Shown piece by piece: positions 9,429 through 17,800 of a stretch of 45,301 nucleotides of DNA. Location of the stretch: IMG/VR virus record IMGVR_UViG_3300012667_001007, positions 1-45,301 of that record, one strand, 5' to 3'. This DNA is from a virus (lineage: Duplodnaviria; Caudoviricetes). The stretch's first letter is position 1; each line of letters starts with the position of its first letter. Under the pieces are notes generated by a model. That model was not told the DNA's origin. It did not search any database and was given only the letters and a program-made list of their open reading frames with translations. The translations under genes and the position numbers were made by a program.

Positions 9429-9779
9429 ATGGCACAAAATTATATCGAGAGTGGTGACGTTAAGGACGTTACGCTTTCAGGAACTGTAACAAGCGGTTCT
9501 ATCGTAGAAATTGGCGAATTAGTTGGCGTTGCTCTAGGTAGTGGCGTTTCAGGTGATGTTGTCGCTGTTGCGTTGGAAGGAGTTTTCGAACTTACTAAGG
9601 TAACAGGTTCAGGAAAATCTTTCACACTTGGTCAAAAGGTTTATAGCAACGGTGCAGGGAGTGTTACTCCTTCTGCTACTGACGGTGGTTCACCAGCTGT
9701 AGATTACAAGTTGGTAGGTCACGCTTGGACTACTGCAACAACTACTGCGACTACTGTTCAAGTAAGACTATTGTCGTAA
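9429..9779 (+). CDS. DUF2190-like capsid cement/decoration protein
   Basis: MAQNYIESGD...SGSIVEIGELVGVA...LEGVFEL; standard position after the capsid gene. Confidence 0.85.
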   Translation: MAQNYIESGDVKDVTLSGTVTSGSIVEIGELVGVALGSGVSGDVVAVALEGVFELTKVTGSGKSFTLGQKVYSNGAGSVTPSATDGGSPAVDYKLVGHAWTTATTTATTVQVRLLS

Positions 9780-9795
9780 AAGAAAATACCTTGCT

Positions 9796-10143
9796 ATGTC
9801 TACTCCTTTTGACGGACTCATGCAGACTGCCTTTGACGTTACAACTAACGTCATGGGTTACGATGCTACATGGACTCCATCATTAGAAGGATCAACAGAG
9901 CAAGTTGGAAGGGTTCACTATCGTGAGCCGAACCATGAAGAAATGATGAACGGCGTGCAATATTCGCCGTTCATTTTTGTTATGGAGTATAAGATTGGGG
10001 TCTTTGACGGACTTCAAGAATCTGTTCGTAGTGGAACTATTGAACAAGTACTTGTAAATAACTCGCTCCACTACGTTAGGAGTGTGAGAAAAATCTCAGA
10101 CGGTCAAACGTTTGAAGCACAACTAGAAAAAATATCGGCATGA
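9796..10143 (+). CDS. Head-tail joining (head closure) protein
   Basis: Size, position and beta-rich pattern; sequence evidence alone is weak. Confidence 0.6.
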   Translation: MSTPFDGLMQTAFDVTTNVMGYDATWTPSLEGSTEQVGRVHYREPNHEEMMNGVQYSPFIFVMEYKIGVFDGLQESVRSGTIEQVLVNNSLHYVRSVRKISDGQTFEAQLEKISA

Positions 10144-11900
10144 ATGTATTCTATTCTCAGATTGAGCAGGAGATTGTTAACCATCTACAACCGTTAACAA
10201 CTGCGAACACGATTGAGGTTCTATCGCTCCCTGAGTTTCAGGCTGATTTTGAACGACCTTTCCTACATGGAAGGGTGACGGTGGCTTACAAGTCATCGGA
10301 GTTTGGACCGATAAAGGGTTCGGACTATGTCATCCAAGATGAGATGATACAAGTTGAGGTTATCGTACAGGCACGATTGCTGAAAGGTAACACAGGATTG
10401 CACTCTATTACGGAGGCAATCAAACGTCGTTTGTTGGGTTTTCCTCCAACAGACTGCACAAAACTATTCCTAGTAAAGAATGCATTTGGAGAGCTGAACA
10501 ATGAGACGGCGCTATGGACTTACTCCATGGTTTTCCAATGCAGATATACGCTAGTCGAAGATGCAGAATACGGGACTGAACCAGGTCTCTCACAGATAAA
10601 TTTTGAGTACAACGAGGAATTGCCTTCAATTCCTGCGGTGCCGTTCCCTGGCACATTCCCGAGTCCTCCTATCGTTGCATACGAGGGAGACATTGCATAT
10701 TGGGATGGTGAGGTATGGAGAAGGCTATCACCTGGTGAGGCTGGATTCGTACTATCTACCAATGGCCCAGGTGAGATTCCTGAATGGATATCTCCTCAGA
10801 GCGGACCACAAGGTCCACAGGGAGAGCCTGGTCCACAAGGCGCAGACGGTGCTGACGGTGCAGACGGTGCTGACGGTGCAGACGGTGCTGACGGTGCTGA
10901 CGGTGCTGATGGTGCTGATGGTGCTAACGGACTATCTGCATACGAGGTTGCTGTTGCTAATGGCTTTGAAGGCACTGAGCTCGATTGGCTTGCTTCGCTT
11001 GAAGGACCAGAAGGTCCACAGGGAATTCAAGGTGCGACGGGTTCAACGGGTGCAACAGGTGCGCAAGGTGTTGGGTATGACGGGATAACATCAAGTAGTT
11101 CCATAACTATTGGTTCTGGTCTTAAAACTTGGACTGTTGCAGGAGTTGGCGCTTTCACTGCTGGTATGCGTATTAGGGCAATCCATAGTGACACCCCATC
11201 TTATTGGATGGAAGGTACAGCAAATGTCGCATCCGCAACAACGATAATTATCACTGTTGATAAATTTAATGGTTCAGGATCTCACAATGCATGGAAGTTT
11301 GTTGTCGCTGGTGAAATAGGAGCAACAGGAGCACAAGGTGCTACAGGACCAGCAGGTCCTACGGCTGTTTCTGCTAACGCTGGAAATCAAGCAACGCTTG
11401 GAACTGATTCACTTATCTATGTAGGAGGGTTGGTTAAATGCCTGCCTATTGCTCAAGGAGTAAACGTAACAGGAACGACAGCCAAAACGATTAGTGCATC
11501 GGTTCTAGTTCCGGCAAATAAAATAGTTTCGAACTCGGTAATTAAGATTGAAGCCAGAGCAATAAGAATTAGTGGCACGGCTGGTATTATCAATTGCGAC
11601 GTATACAAGAATACTTCCAATAGTTTAGTCGGCGCTACGCTTATTGCGACCTACAACACGATGACTGTGTCTAACTATATTAGTGGCATGATGCGAAATA
11701 TATTTATCGACGTAGCGGCAAATCAATTGACAATTCTTAATGGTGGTGCAACTGTTAGCACGGACTACGTGAACACAGGAGTAAACACTGTTATTGCGTT
11801 CGATGAAACGGTTAATAACTACCTCATATTCGCACTCCAGAACACAAATTCGGGAGACACGTCTAAGGTTCAATTTGTACATACATCCATATACGAATGA
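10140..11900 (+). CDS. Gp37-like tail terminator fused to a collagen-like fibre
   Basis: First ~140 aa resemble Mu Gp37 family (GRVTVAYKSSEF...IKRRLLGF...WTYSMVF); then G-X-Y repeats, GLSAYEVAVANGFEGTELDWLASL, and a beta-rich C-terminus. Confidence 0.7.
   Translation: MNVFYSQIEQEIVNHLQPLTTANTIEVLSLPEFQADFERPFLHGRVTVAYKSSEFGPIKGSDYVIQDEMIQVEVIVQARLLKGNTGLHSITEAIKRRLLGFPPTDCTKLFLVKNAFGELNNETALWTYSMVFQCRYTLVEDAEYGTEPGLSQINFEYNEELPSIPAVPFPGTFPSPPIVAYEGDIAYWDGEVWRRLSPGEAGFVLSTNGPGEIPEWISPQSGPQGPQGEPGPQGADGADGADGADGADGADGADGADGADGANGLSAYEVAVANGFEGTELDWLASLEGPEGPQGIQGATGSTGATGAQGVGYDGITSSSSITIGSGLKTWTVAGVGAFTAGMRIRAIHSDTPSYWMEGTANVASATTIIITVDKFNGSGSHNAWKFVVAGEIGATGAQGATGPAGPTAVSANAGNQATLGTDSLIYVGGLVKCLPIAQGVNVTGTTAKTISASVLVPANKIVSNSVIKIEARAIRISGTAGIINCDVYKNTSNSLVGATLIATYNTMTVSNYISGMMRNIFIDVAANQLTILNGGATVSTDYVNTGVNTVIAFDETVNNYLIFALQNTNSGDTSKVQFVHTSIYE
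10839..10928 (+). repeat. 9-bp tandem repeat x10 encoding (GAD)9-GAN
   Basis: Units of GGY GCW RAY read directly from the sequence. Confidence 0.95.
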
Positions 11901-12100
11901 ATATAACAACTCAACGAAACGGATTCGAGTTCAACAACATTGATTACACGTTCAATGAAGAAACTAAGACAGCGATTGTAAGCAGTTCGCAGCTATTTGC
12001 ATTCACCGATTGCGGCACTGTGCTGCTAGACCTTTCCTGCAGTATTAACGAGTTCTTTTATGATGACATAAGTACGTTCCAATCGAAGTTATCTGAATAA
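11897..12100 (+). CDS. Small hypothetical protein, possibly a fibre-associated chaperone
   Basis: ATGA-coupled to the fibre gene. Confidence 0.55.
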   Translation: MNITTQRNGFEFNNIDYTFNEETKTAIVSSSQLFAFTDCGTVLLDLSCSINEFFYDDISTFQSKLSE

Positions 12101-12135
12101 ACCGAGCATATTTTTCGCAACAAAATACTTGTGAC

Positions 12136-12768
12136 ATGATACCGAAAATACACCTTTCATCTTCCGCTCCTTCTACCAGGTCAATGATCTCACGAAGGGC
12201 ATATCCATTAAACGAGGCGAGCATGCCGAAGGGAGACGGAACTGTTTCGGCAATTCGTAGAATCATTGATTTTCTGGATGTAGCGAAGTCGCTTCGGTAC
12301 ATACGAACGGCAACATCGACATTCTGTAACATCTACGCATACGACTACGCTTATCTGAGTGGTGCGTATCTTCCTCGAGTTTGGTGGACACCAGACGCTT
12401 TGAGCGGCTTGGAGTTTGACAATCCTGTATACGGAAGGTCGCTTGTTGAGATGAGTGCCAACAGTTTGTTTGAGTGGTTCAGGAATTACGGAGCGTCTTT
12501 CGGTTGGAAAGAGGTCAACATTACCGATGGACAGATTGCAGCGAACAACGGGAAATGCGTGATTATGGTGGCTGCAAACCGCAACCGAAACAAGTCTGGT
12601 CACATTGTGGCTATCGTTCCCGAAACCGATTCTGAGAAGTGCGTGGGAGCAAATGGAATCATCATATATCCCGTGATGTCTCAGGCAGGTTCGGTAAATA
12701 AAAAGTACTTTTGTGCGAAGTGGTGGGACGGTTTGGAGAAGCCAGGAGTATATGTGTTTGAAAAATAG
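12136..12768 (+). CDS. Putative papain-like (CHAP/NlpC-P60 type) Cys-His peptidoglycan hydrolase
   Basis: TFCNIYAYD, MSANSL, SGHIVAIVP, SQAG give a Cys...His layout. Confidence 0.6.
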   Translation: MIPKIHLSSSAPSTRSMISRRAYPLNEASMPKGDGTVSAIRRIIDFLDVAKSLRYIRTATSTFCNIYAYDYAYLSGAYLPRVWWTPDALSGLEFDNPVYGRSLVEMSANSLFEWFRNYGASFGWKEVNITDGQIAANNGKCVIMVAANRNRNKSGHIVAIVPETDSEKCVGANGIIIYPVMSQAGSVNKKYFCAKWWDGLEKPGVYVFEK

Positions 12769-12835
12769 TTTTACAGCATAAAAAATATTGCTATATTAGC
12801 AGCCAACGAAATATTAACTTTTAAAAAAGCAAAAA

Positions 12836-14248
12836 ATGCCAGCAAATTATCTTCATGGCGTTGAGACTATCGAGCTAAATATCGGACCACGTCCGATAAC
12901 GGTTGTGAAGTCTGCCGTCATTGGTCTTGTGGGTGTGTCACCTATTGGACCAAAGAACACTTTGACGCTTGTTCAGTCACCTGCTGATGCGTCACAGTTT
13001 GGATCACAGATTCCAAACTTCAACATTCCACAGGCTTTGAGCGCCATTCAGAAACAAGGAGCTGGTACAGTTCTAGTTGTGAATGTGTTTGACAAAGACA
13101 TAAACACTGTGAATGCTACGGACGAGCTAACCATTGCAAATGGGAAAGCAACTCTAACTAGTGCACCTGTAAGTGATGACCCTGTCGTTACAGATGGTGA
13201 CGGAACTACCTACCAAGTAGATGTTGACTACACGTCTAACGAATTTGGTGTTATTACAATTGTTCCTGGTGGAGCAATTTCTGAGGGTGCAAATATCGTT
13301 GTTACCTACAAAGCGTTTGACCCTTCATCTGTAAGTGAGTCACAGTTGATCGGTGAGGTGGACAGTGGTGACTACTTTGGAATGGCTGTTTGGGATTTGG
13401 CGTTCAGTACGTTTGGATTCACTCCACGACTATTGATCTGTCCATCATACAGTGCAACCAAAGCAATTGCTGCTGAGTTGGATGTATACGCTACTAAAAT
13501 GAGAGCTCATGCGATCATTGATAGCGTTGAGGAGGATAATGTTGCTCATGCTATTTCAGATAGGGGTGACGTGACCAAATCGTTTGGTACATCGTCTAAG
13601 CGTGCTATCTTGACATACCCTCGATTGAAGGCTTATGACCCAGCAACTGACGCTGACGCTGTTGTTCCTTACTCACCTTACTTGGCTGGAGTTATTGCGG
13701 CTACTGACAATAAGGATGGATATTGGTTCTCTCCATCAAACAGAGAAATCAAAGGTATTACAGGTGTTGAAAGAATCATCACGGCTTCCGTGAATGATGC
13801 GAATACAGAAGCGAACCTACTCAATGAGTCTGGAATCGTAACTTTGTTCAATGCGTTCGGTACAGGAATTCGAGTGTGGGGTAACCGTTCAGCTGCGTTT
13901 CCAACGTCTACTGCTCCAGGGAATTTCATCGCTGTTCAAAGAACTGCGGACATCCTTCATGAGAGCATTGAACTTGCTATGTTGCAGTTCATTGATTTGC
14001 CTTTGAACAATGCGTTGATTGATGCCATTCGCGACACTGTGAATAGCTTCATGCGTACATTGATTCAGAGAGGTGCAATCATTGACGGAGAGTGCACGTA
14101 TGATCCTGCGAAGAATTCACCAACTGAATTGGCTGCTGGACATGTGACATTCGACATCGTGTTCATGCCACCAACTCCAGCTGAGAGAATCACATTTGAG
14201 TCTTTCATCGACATTAACCTTTTGAAAAACCTTGGTTCAGACCAATAA
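12836..14248 (+). CDS. Contractile tail sheath protein (P2 FI-like)
   Basis: YLHGVETIE, GYWFSPSN, RVWGNRS, PPTPAERITF. Confidence 0.96.
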   Translation: MPANYLHGVETIELNIGPRPITVVKSAVIGLVGVSPIGPKNTLTLVQSPADASQFGSQIPNFNIPQALSAIQKQGAGTVLVVNVFDKDINTVNATDELTIANGKATLTSAPVSDDPVVTDGDGTTYQVDVDYTSNEFGVITIVPGGAISEGANIVVTYKAFDPSSVSESQLIGEVDSGDYFGMAVWDLAFSTFGFTPRLLICPSYSATKAIAAELDVYATKMRAHAIIDSVEEDNVAHAISDRGDVTKSFGTSSKRAILTYPRLKAYDPATDADAVVPYSPYLAGVIAATDNKDGYWFSPSNREIKGITGVERIITASVNDANTEANLLNESGIVTLFNAFGTGIRVWGNRSAAFPTSTAPGNFIAVQRTADILHESIELAMLQFIDLPLNNALIDAIRDTVNSFMRTLIQRGAIIDGECTYDPAKNSPTELAAGHVTFDIVFMPPTPAERITFESFIDINLLKNLGSDQ

Positions 14249-14259
14249 TAAATTGAGCA

Positions 14260-14781
14260 ATGGCACAGATAAATGTAAATAGAGTCACGAACGCTAACGT
14301 CTACTTAGACGGAGGTTCGTGCTTAGGCAAAGCCGAGGAAATCGACTTGCCTAAAATCGTATCAAAAATGACGGAGCACAAGGCTTTGGGAATGATGGGA
14401 GCGTTAGAGCTTCCGTCAGGTTTCGAGAAGTTGGAAGCTCGTATCAAATGGAATGCGGTATACGCCGATGTAATGGCGAAGATGGGAAATCCCTACGACG
14501 TTCACGCTTTTCAGTGTCGTGGGAATATCGAAAACTACACTGCTGGTGGCCGTACAGGACAGGAGTCGTATGTTTGTTTCTTCCGTGGTCAGTTCAAGGA
14601 GTTGCCAATGGGTAACTTCAAGCAACATGACAACGTAGAAATGGAGAGCCGTTTGGCTGTGACATACGCAAAAGTCGAGATCGGTGGAGTAGCTGTTGTA
14701 GAATTCGATGCTTTGGCGAACGTCTACAAAGTAAATGGGGTTGATATCCTATTGACATACCGAAACAACATTGGTGGATAA
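14260..14781 (+). CDS. Major tail tube protein (P2 FII-like)
   Basis: NANVYLDG...GKAEEIDLPK...GFEKLEARIKW...NVYKVNGVD; follows the sheath gene. Confidence 0.93.
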   Translation: MAQINVNRVTNANVYLDGGSCLGKAEEIDLPKIVSKMTEHKALGMMGALELPSGFEKLEARIKWNAVYADVMAKMGNPYDVHAFQCRGNIENYTAGGRTGQESYVCFFRGQFKELPMGNFKQHDNVEMESRLAVTYAKVEIGGVAVVEFDALANVYKVNGVDILLTYRNNIGG

Positions 14782-14785
14782 TACT

Positions 14786-14816
14786 GGAGGGGAGAAAGCC
14801 TCCCCTTCTTTTTTTT
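14786..14816 (+). terminator. Rho-independent terminator after the tube gene
   Basis: GGAGGGGAG / CTCCCCTTC stem plus T8. Confidence 0.8.
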
Positions 14817-14836
14817 AAAACAGGAATAATTGTAAC

Positions 14837-15121
14837 ATGGAAACACAAGAAAACTACGTGGCTAATGTAGCCGGAACAAAAGAAATCAACTTGCCTTCGG
14901 GCAAAATCGCGGTGATTGCACCATTCAAGGGTAAGCACATTCGCGAAGCTCAGCGTATTGCTGATGGCGACATGTCGAACATGATGTTCGCAATGATTGC
15001 ACTAACTACGACCATTGACGGACGGGGCATTGTTGCCGAAGAGCTAGACGACATGGACGGACAGGACGTACTCGCTCTTATGGGGGAGTTCGGGGGGAGC
15101 CTATCGACAGCGAGCAAGTAA
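14837..15121 (+). CDS. Tail assembly chaperone (gpE-like)
   Basis: Between tube and tape measure; EELDDMDGQD motif. Confidence 0.85.
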   Translation: METQENYVANVAGTKEINLPSGKIAVIAPFKGKHIREAQRIADGDMSNMMFAMIALTTTIDGRGIVAEELDDMDGQDVLALMGEFGGSLSTASK

Positions 15122-15243
15122 TGTTCCTCGCTCATTTCAGTAATACGCCTCTTACTGATTTGATGGAATGGGAGCTCCCAGATTTGAATTGGTGGTACAA
15201 CGAGGCAATAAAGATGAATAAGAAACTGAACAAAACAGACTAA
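15094..15243 (+). CDS. Tail chaperone -1 frameshift extension (gpE'-like), absent from the ORF track
   Basis: The -1 frame from the G6 run reads GEPIDSEQVMFLAHFSNTPLTDLMEWELPDLNWWYNEAIKMNKKLNKTD*; its TAA overlaps the tape-measure ATG. Confidence 0.75.
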   Translation, partial: GEPIDSEQVMFLAHFSNTPLTDLMEWELPDLNWWYNEAIKMNKKLNKTD

Positions 15244-17141
15244 TGTTAAATGCTCTAAAAGTAGCCGTAGTACTAACAGCTGTAGACAAGATGTCTAAGG
15301 CTGTTGGTGGTGCTGTTGACGCATCACAGAAGCATCTTACTCGATTCTCAAAGGCTACTAGCAAACTAGGTGACCAGGCGTTCAACCTTGGTCGCCAAGC
15401 TGGTATGCTTGGTCTTGGAATTGGTATTCCATTATTCAAGGCTGCAGAAGCTGCTGAGGAATCGGAGAAGGCTACTCGGAAACTTGAACAGGTGTTCAAG
15501 TCCATGGGTGAGACGTCTGGCAAGTCAGCGAAACAAGCTCAGGAGTTTGCTAGCTCACTCATGATGGAAATTGCCGTTGATGATGAGAACATCATTGCGG
15601 TTCAAACCAAGCTAGCCACGTTCGAAAAGGTCATCAAAAACACAGCTGGCACGTCAGAAATTTTCGAGCGTGCCACTAAGGCTGCGTTTGATCTCGAGGC
15701 GGCTGGATTCGGAGAGGGAACACAGAATGCCGTTCAGTTAGGTAAGGCGTTGCAAGACCCTATCAAGGGCATCAATGCACTTGCTCGTTCGGGTGTGACG
15801 TTCACGAATGCCGAGAAGAACAAAATCAAGGCGTTGGTTGAATCTGGTCAACACTTGAAGGCTCAGAAAATTCTATTGTCTGCGGTTGAGAAACAGGTCG
15901 GTGGTGTTGCTAAGGCAAACGCAACTGCCACAGCAAGAATCAAAATCGCGTTTGGGGAGGTTGTTGAGAAAATCGGAGGTGCATTGCTTCCGATGCTCGA
16001 GCGTTTCTCCAAGTGGGTAGATAAGTTCCTTCCTAAGATAACGAAGTGGATTGACGACAACCAGGAGTTGGTTACGGCAATTGCTTCGGTCGCTGCAATT
16101 GTATCTGTGGCGTCACTGGCAATAAGCGGTCTGTCGTTCGTGGTTGGAGGAATAGCTAAGACGCTCTCCTTCCTTTCCACGACTGTTGGTTACGTGGTCA
16201 AAGCGTTTCAGTTTATGGGCACTGCCATTAGGGTAGTAACAGCGTTCATGATGGCAAATCCAATCATTGCCATAATTACGGGAATAGCTCTCGCTGCGCT
16301 ACTCATCTATACGTATTGGGACAAAATCAAAGCGTTCTTCATTAAGTTGTGGGACAACGTCAAGAAAATATTCTGGAAGGTTGTTGCATGGATGAAGGAG
16401 TGGGGAATTTTATTCCTTGGTCCAATCGGTTTCATCATCAAATTTTGGGATAAGATAAAGGCGTTTTTCGCTGGATTGTGGACCAAAATCAAAGAGCTAT
16501 TTTGGAAGGTCATTGCATGGATTAAGGAATGGGGAATCCTATTCTTGGGTCCTGTTGGCTTCATCATAAAGTATTGGGATAGGATACGGAAGTTCTTCTC
16601 CGAACTTTGGGAGAAAGTGAAACTTAAGTTCTTGGCATTCTTCGATTGGATGATGTCATTCCCGAAGAAATTGTATAAGGTAGGGGAAGCCATCGTCAAC
16701 AATATTTGGAACGGTATGAAAGCCAAATGGAAAGACATGGTCAACTGGTTCAAGTCTGGATTACAGGACTTGCGGAACATGCTTCCGTTCTCTCCTGCTA
16801 AGACTGGACCATTGCGAGACATCCACCGATTGAAATTCGTTGAGACGATTGCAGGAAGCATCAAACCTGGTCCGATGGTTTCCGCTATGAGCAAAGCTCT
16901 AGCCGCTACCAAAGGAGCTGTGAAGGGCGGCGCTAAGGCTATGTCTCCAGGCGCTTCACCTGCTGCGGCTGGTGGTGGTTCTGGTAGTGTTGTCGTGAAC
17001 TTCTCGCCTGTGTTCAACGGTAGCGTTGCAAGTGCAGGAGGGAAACAGGACTTCATATCTCAGTTGAAGGAATACGAACCGCAACTTATGCGTGTTATCA
17101 ACGATGCGTTGGCTCGAAAAGAGCGTAAGAAATTTGCATAA
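15243..17141 (+). CDS. Tail tape measure protein
   Basis: Ala/Lys-rich helical protein; QLGKALQDPIKG; hydrophobic middle; Trp-periodic repeats; LPFSPAKTGPL. Confidence 0.93.
   Translation: MLNALKVAVVLTAVDKMSKAVGGAVDASQKHLTRFSKATSKLGDQAFNLGRQAGMLGLGIGIPLFKAAEAAEESEKATRKLEQVFKSMGETSGKSAKQAQEFASSLMMEIAVDDENIIAVQTKLATFEKVIKNTAGTSEIFERATKAAFDLEAAGFGEGTQNAVQLGKALQDPIKGINALARSGVTFTNAEKNKIKALVESGQHLKAQKILLSAVEKQVGGVAKANATATARIKIAFGEVVEKIGGALLPMLERFSKWVDKFLPKITKWIDDNQELVTAIASVAAIVSVASLAISGLSFVVGGIAKTLSFLSTTVGYVVKAFQFMGTAIRVVTAFMMANPIIAIITGIALAALLIYTYWDKIKAFFIKLWDNVKKIFWKVVAWMKEWGILFLGPIGFIIKFWDKIKAFFAGLWTKIKELFWKVIAWIKEWGILFLGPVGFIIKYWDRIRKFFSELWEKVKLKFLAFFDWMMSFPKKLYKVGEAIVNNIWNGMKAKWKDMVNWFKSGLQDLRNMLPFSPAKTGPLRDIHRLKFVETIAGSIKPGPMVSAMSKALAATKGAVKGGAKAMSPGASPAAAGGGSGSVVVNFSPVFNGSVASAGGKQDFISQLKEYEPQLMRVINDALARKERKKFA
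16314..16620 (+). repeat. 129-bp (43-aa) imperfect tandem repeat in the tape measure, ~2.4 copies
   Basis: (Y/F)WDKIKAFF-type units begin at 16314, 16443 and 16572. Confidence 0.85.
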
Positions 17142-17146
17142 AATAA

Positions 17147-17368
17147 TTGAATATGGAATTAATGGACAGATGGAAAAGTAAGACACCGAAGTTTTGGAAG
17201 AAAGTCCAAAGAGTAGGAATTTTGGCAGGTGCAATTGGTGGCGTTCTAATCGCTGCACCAATCGCATTGCCTGCTGCATTAGTAACGGCTGGAGGCTACA
17301 TGGTCTTGGCTGGAGGTTTAACCGCGACGTTGTCGCAACTAACACGCGAGGATAATGAATCTAAGTAG
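17147..17368 (+). CDS. Putative holin
   Basis: RWKSKTPKFWKKV followed by two hydrophobic segments; overlaps the endolysin start. Confidence 0.7.
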   Translation: MNMELMDRWKSKTPKFWKKVQRVGILAGAIGGVLIAAPIALPAALVTAGGYMVLAGGLTATLSQLTREDNESK

Positions 17369-17795
17369 TCACATGACAGTTGCTGAGTTTGAGAGCTCAC
17401 CAACTGCAACGTCAAGAGGTATTTCGAACAAAATGGATGCTGCTCATATTGAAGCTGCAAAGTTGCTTTGTGAGAAAGTGTTTGAGCCTATTCGAACGTT
17501 CGTAGGAAAGCCTATCAAAATCAATAGTGGATTCAGAAGTGCTGCGTTGAACAGAGCCATTGGTGGAAGTTCTACGTCTCAGCATTGCAAGGGAGAGGCT
17601 ATTGACATACCGGTTGACTCAAAGGTGTTTCACTACATCAAAGACAACCTTGTATTTGACCAACTCATTTGGGAGTTCGGAAACAAAAACGAACCTCAGT
17701 GGGTGCATGTTTCCTACAAGAAGTCGGGCAACCGTAAACAAGTATTGAGAGCTATCAAAGTTGGTGGCAAAACATCTTATGTACCGTTTAGCTAA
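17355..17795 (+). CDS. Endolysin, peptidase M15 family (Zn D,D-peptidase fold)
   Basis: INSGFRS, SQHCKGEAID, FDQLIWE, WVHVSY. Confidence 0.9.
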   Translation: MNLSSHMTVAEFESSPTATSRGISNKMDAAHIEAAKLLCEKVFEPIRTFVGKPIKINSGFRSAALNRAIGGSSTSQHCKGEAIDIPVDSKVFHYIKDNLVFDQLIWEFGNKNEPQWVHVSYKKSGNRKQVLRAIKVGGKTSYVPFS

Positions 17796-17800
17796 ATAGA

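Noticed and set aside
10839-10928. Tandem repeat as a CRISPR array
   Set aside because: 9-bp units with no spacers, in frame within a collagen-like CDS; no cas genes seen
10603-11088. 161-aa alternate-frame ORF with VLTVQT repeats
   Set aside because: Out-of-frame reading of the GAD repeat
16307-17056. 249-aa minus-strand ORF opposite the tape measure
   Set aside because: Antisense shadow of a well-supported gene; no motifs or expression signals
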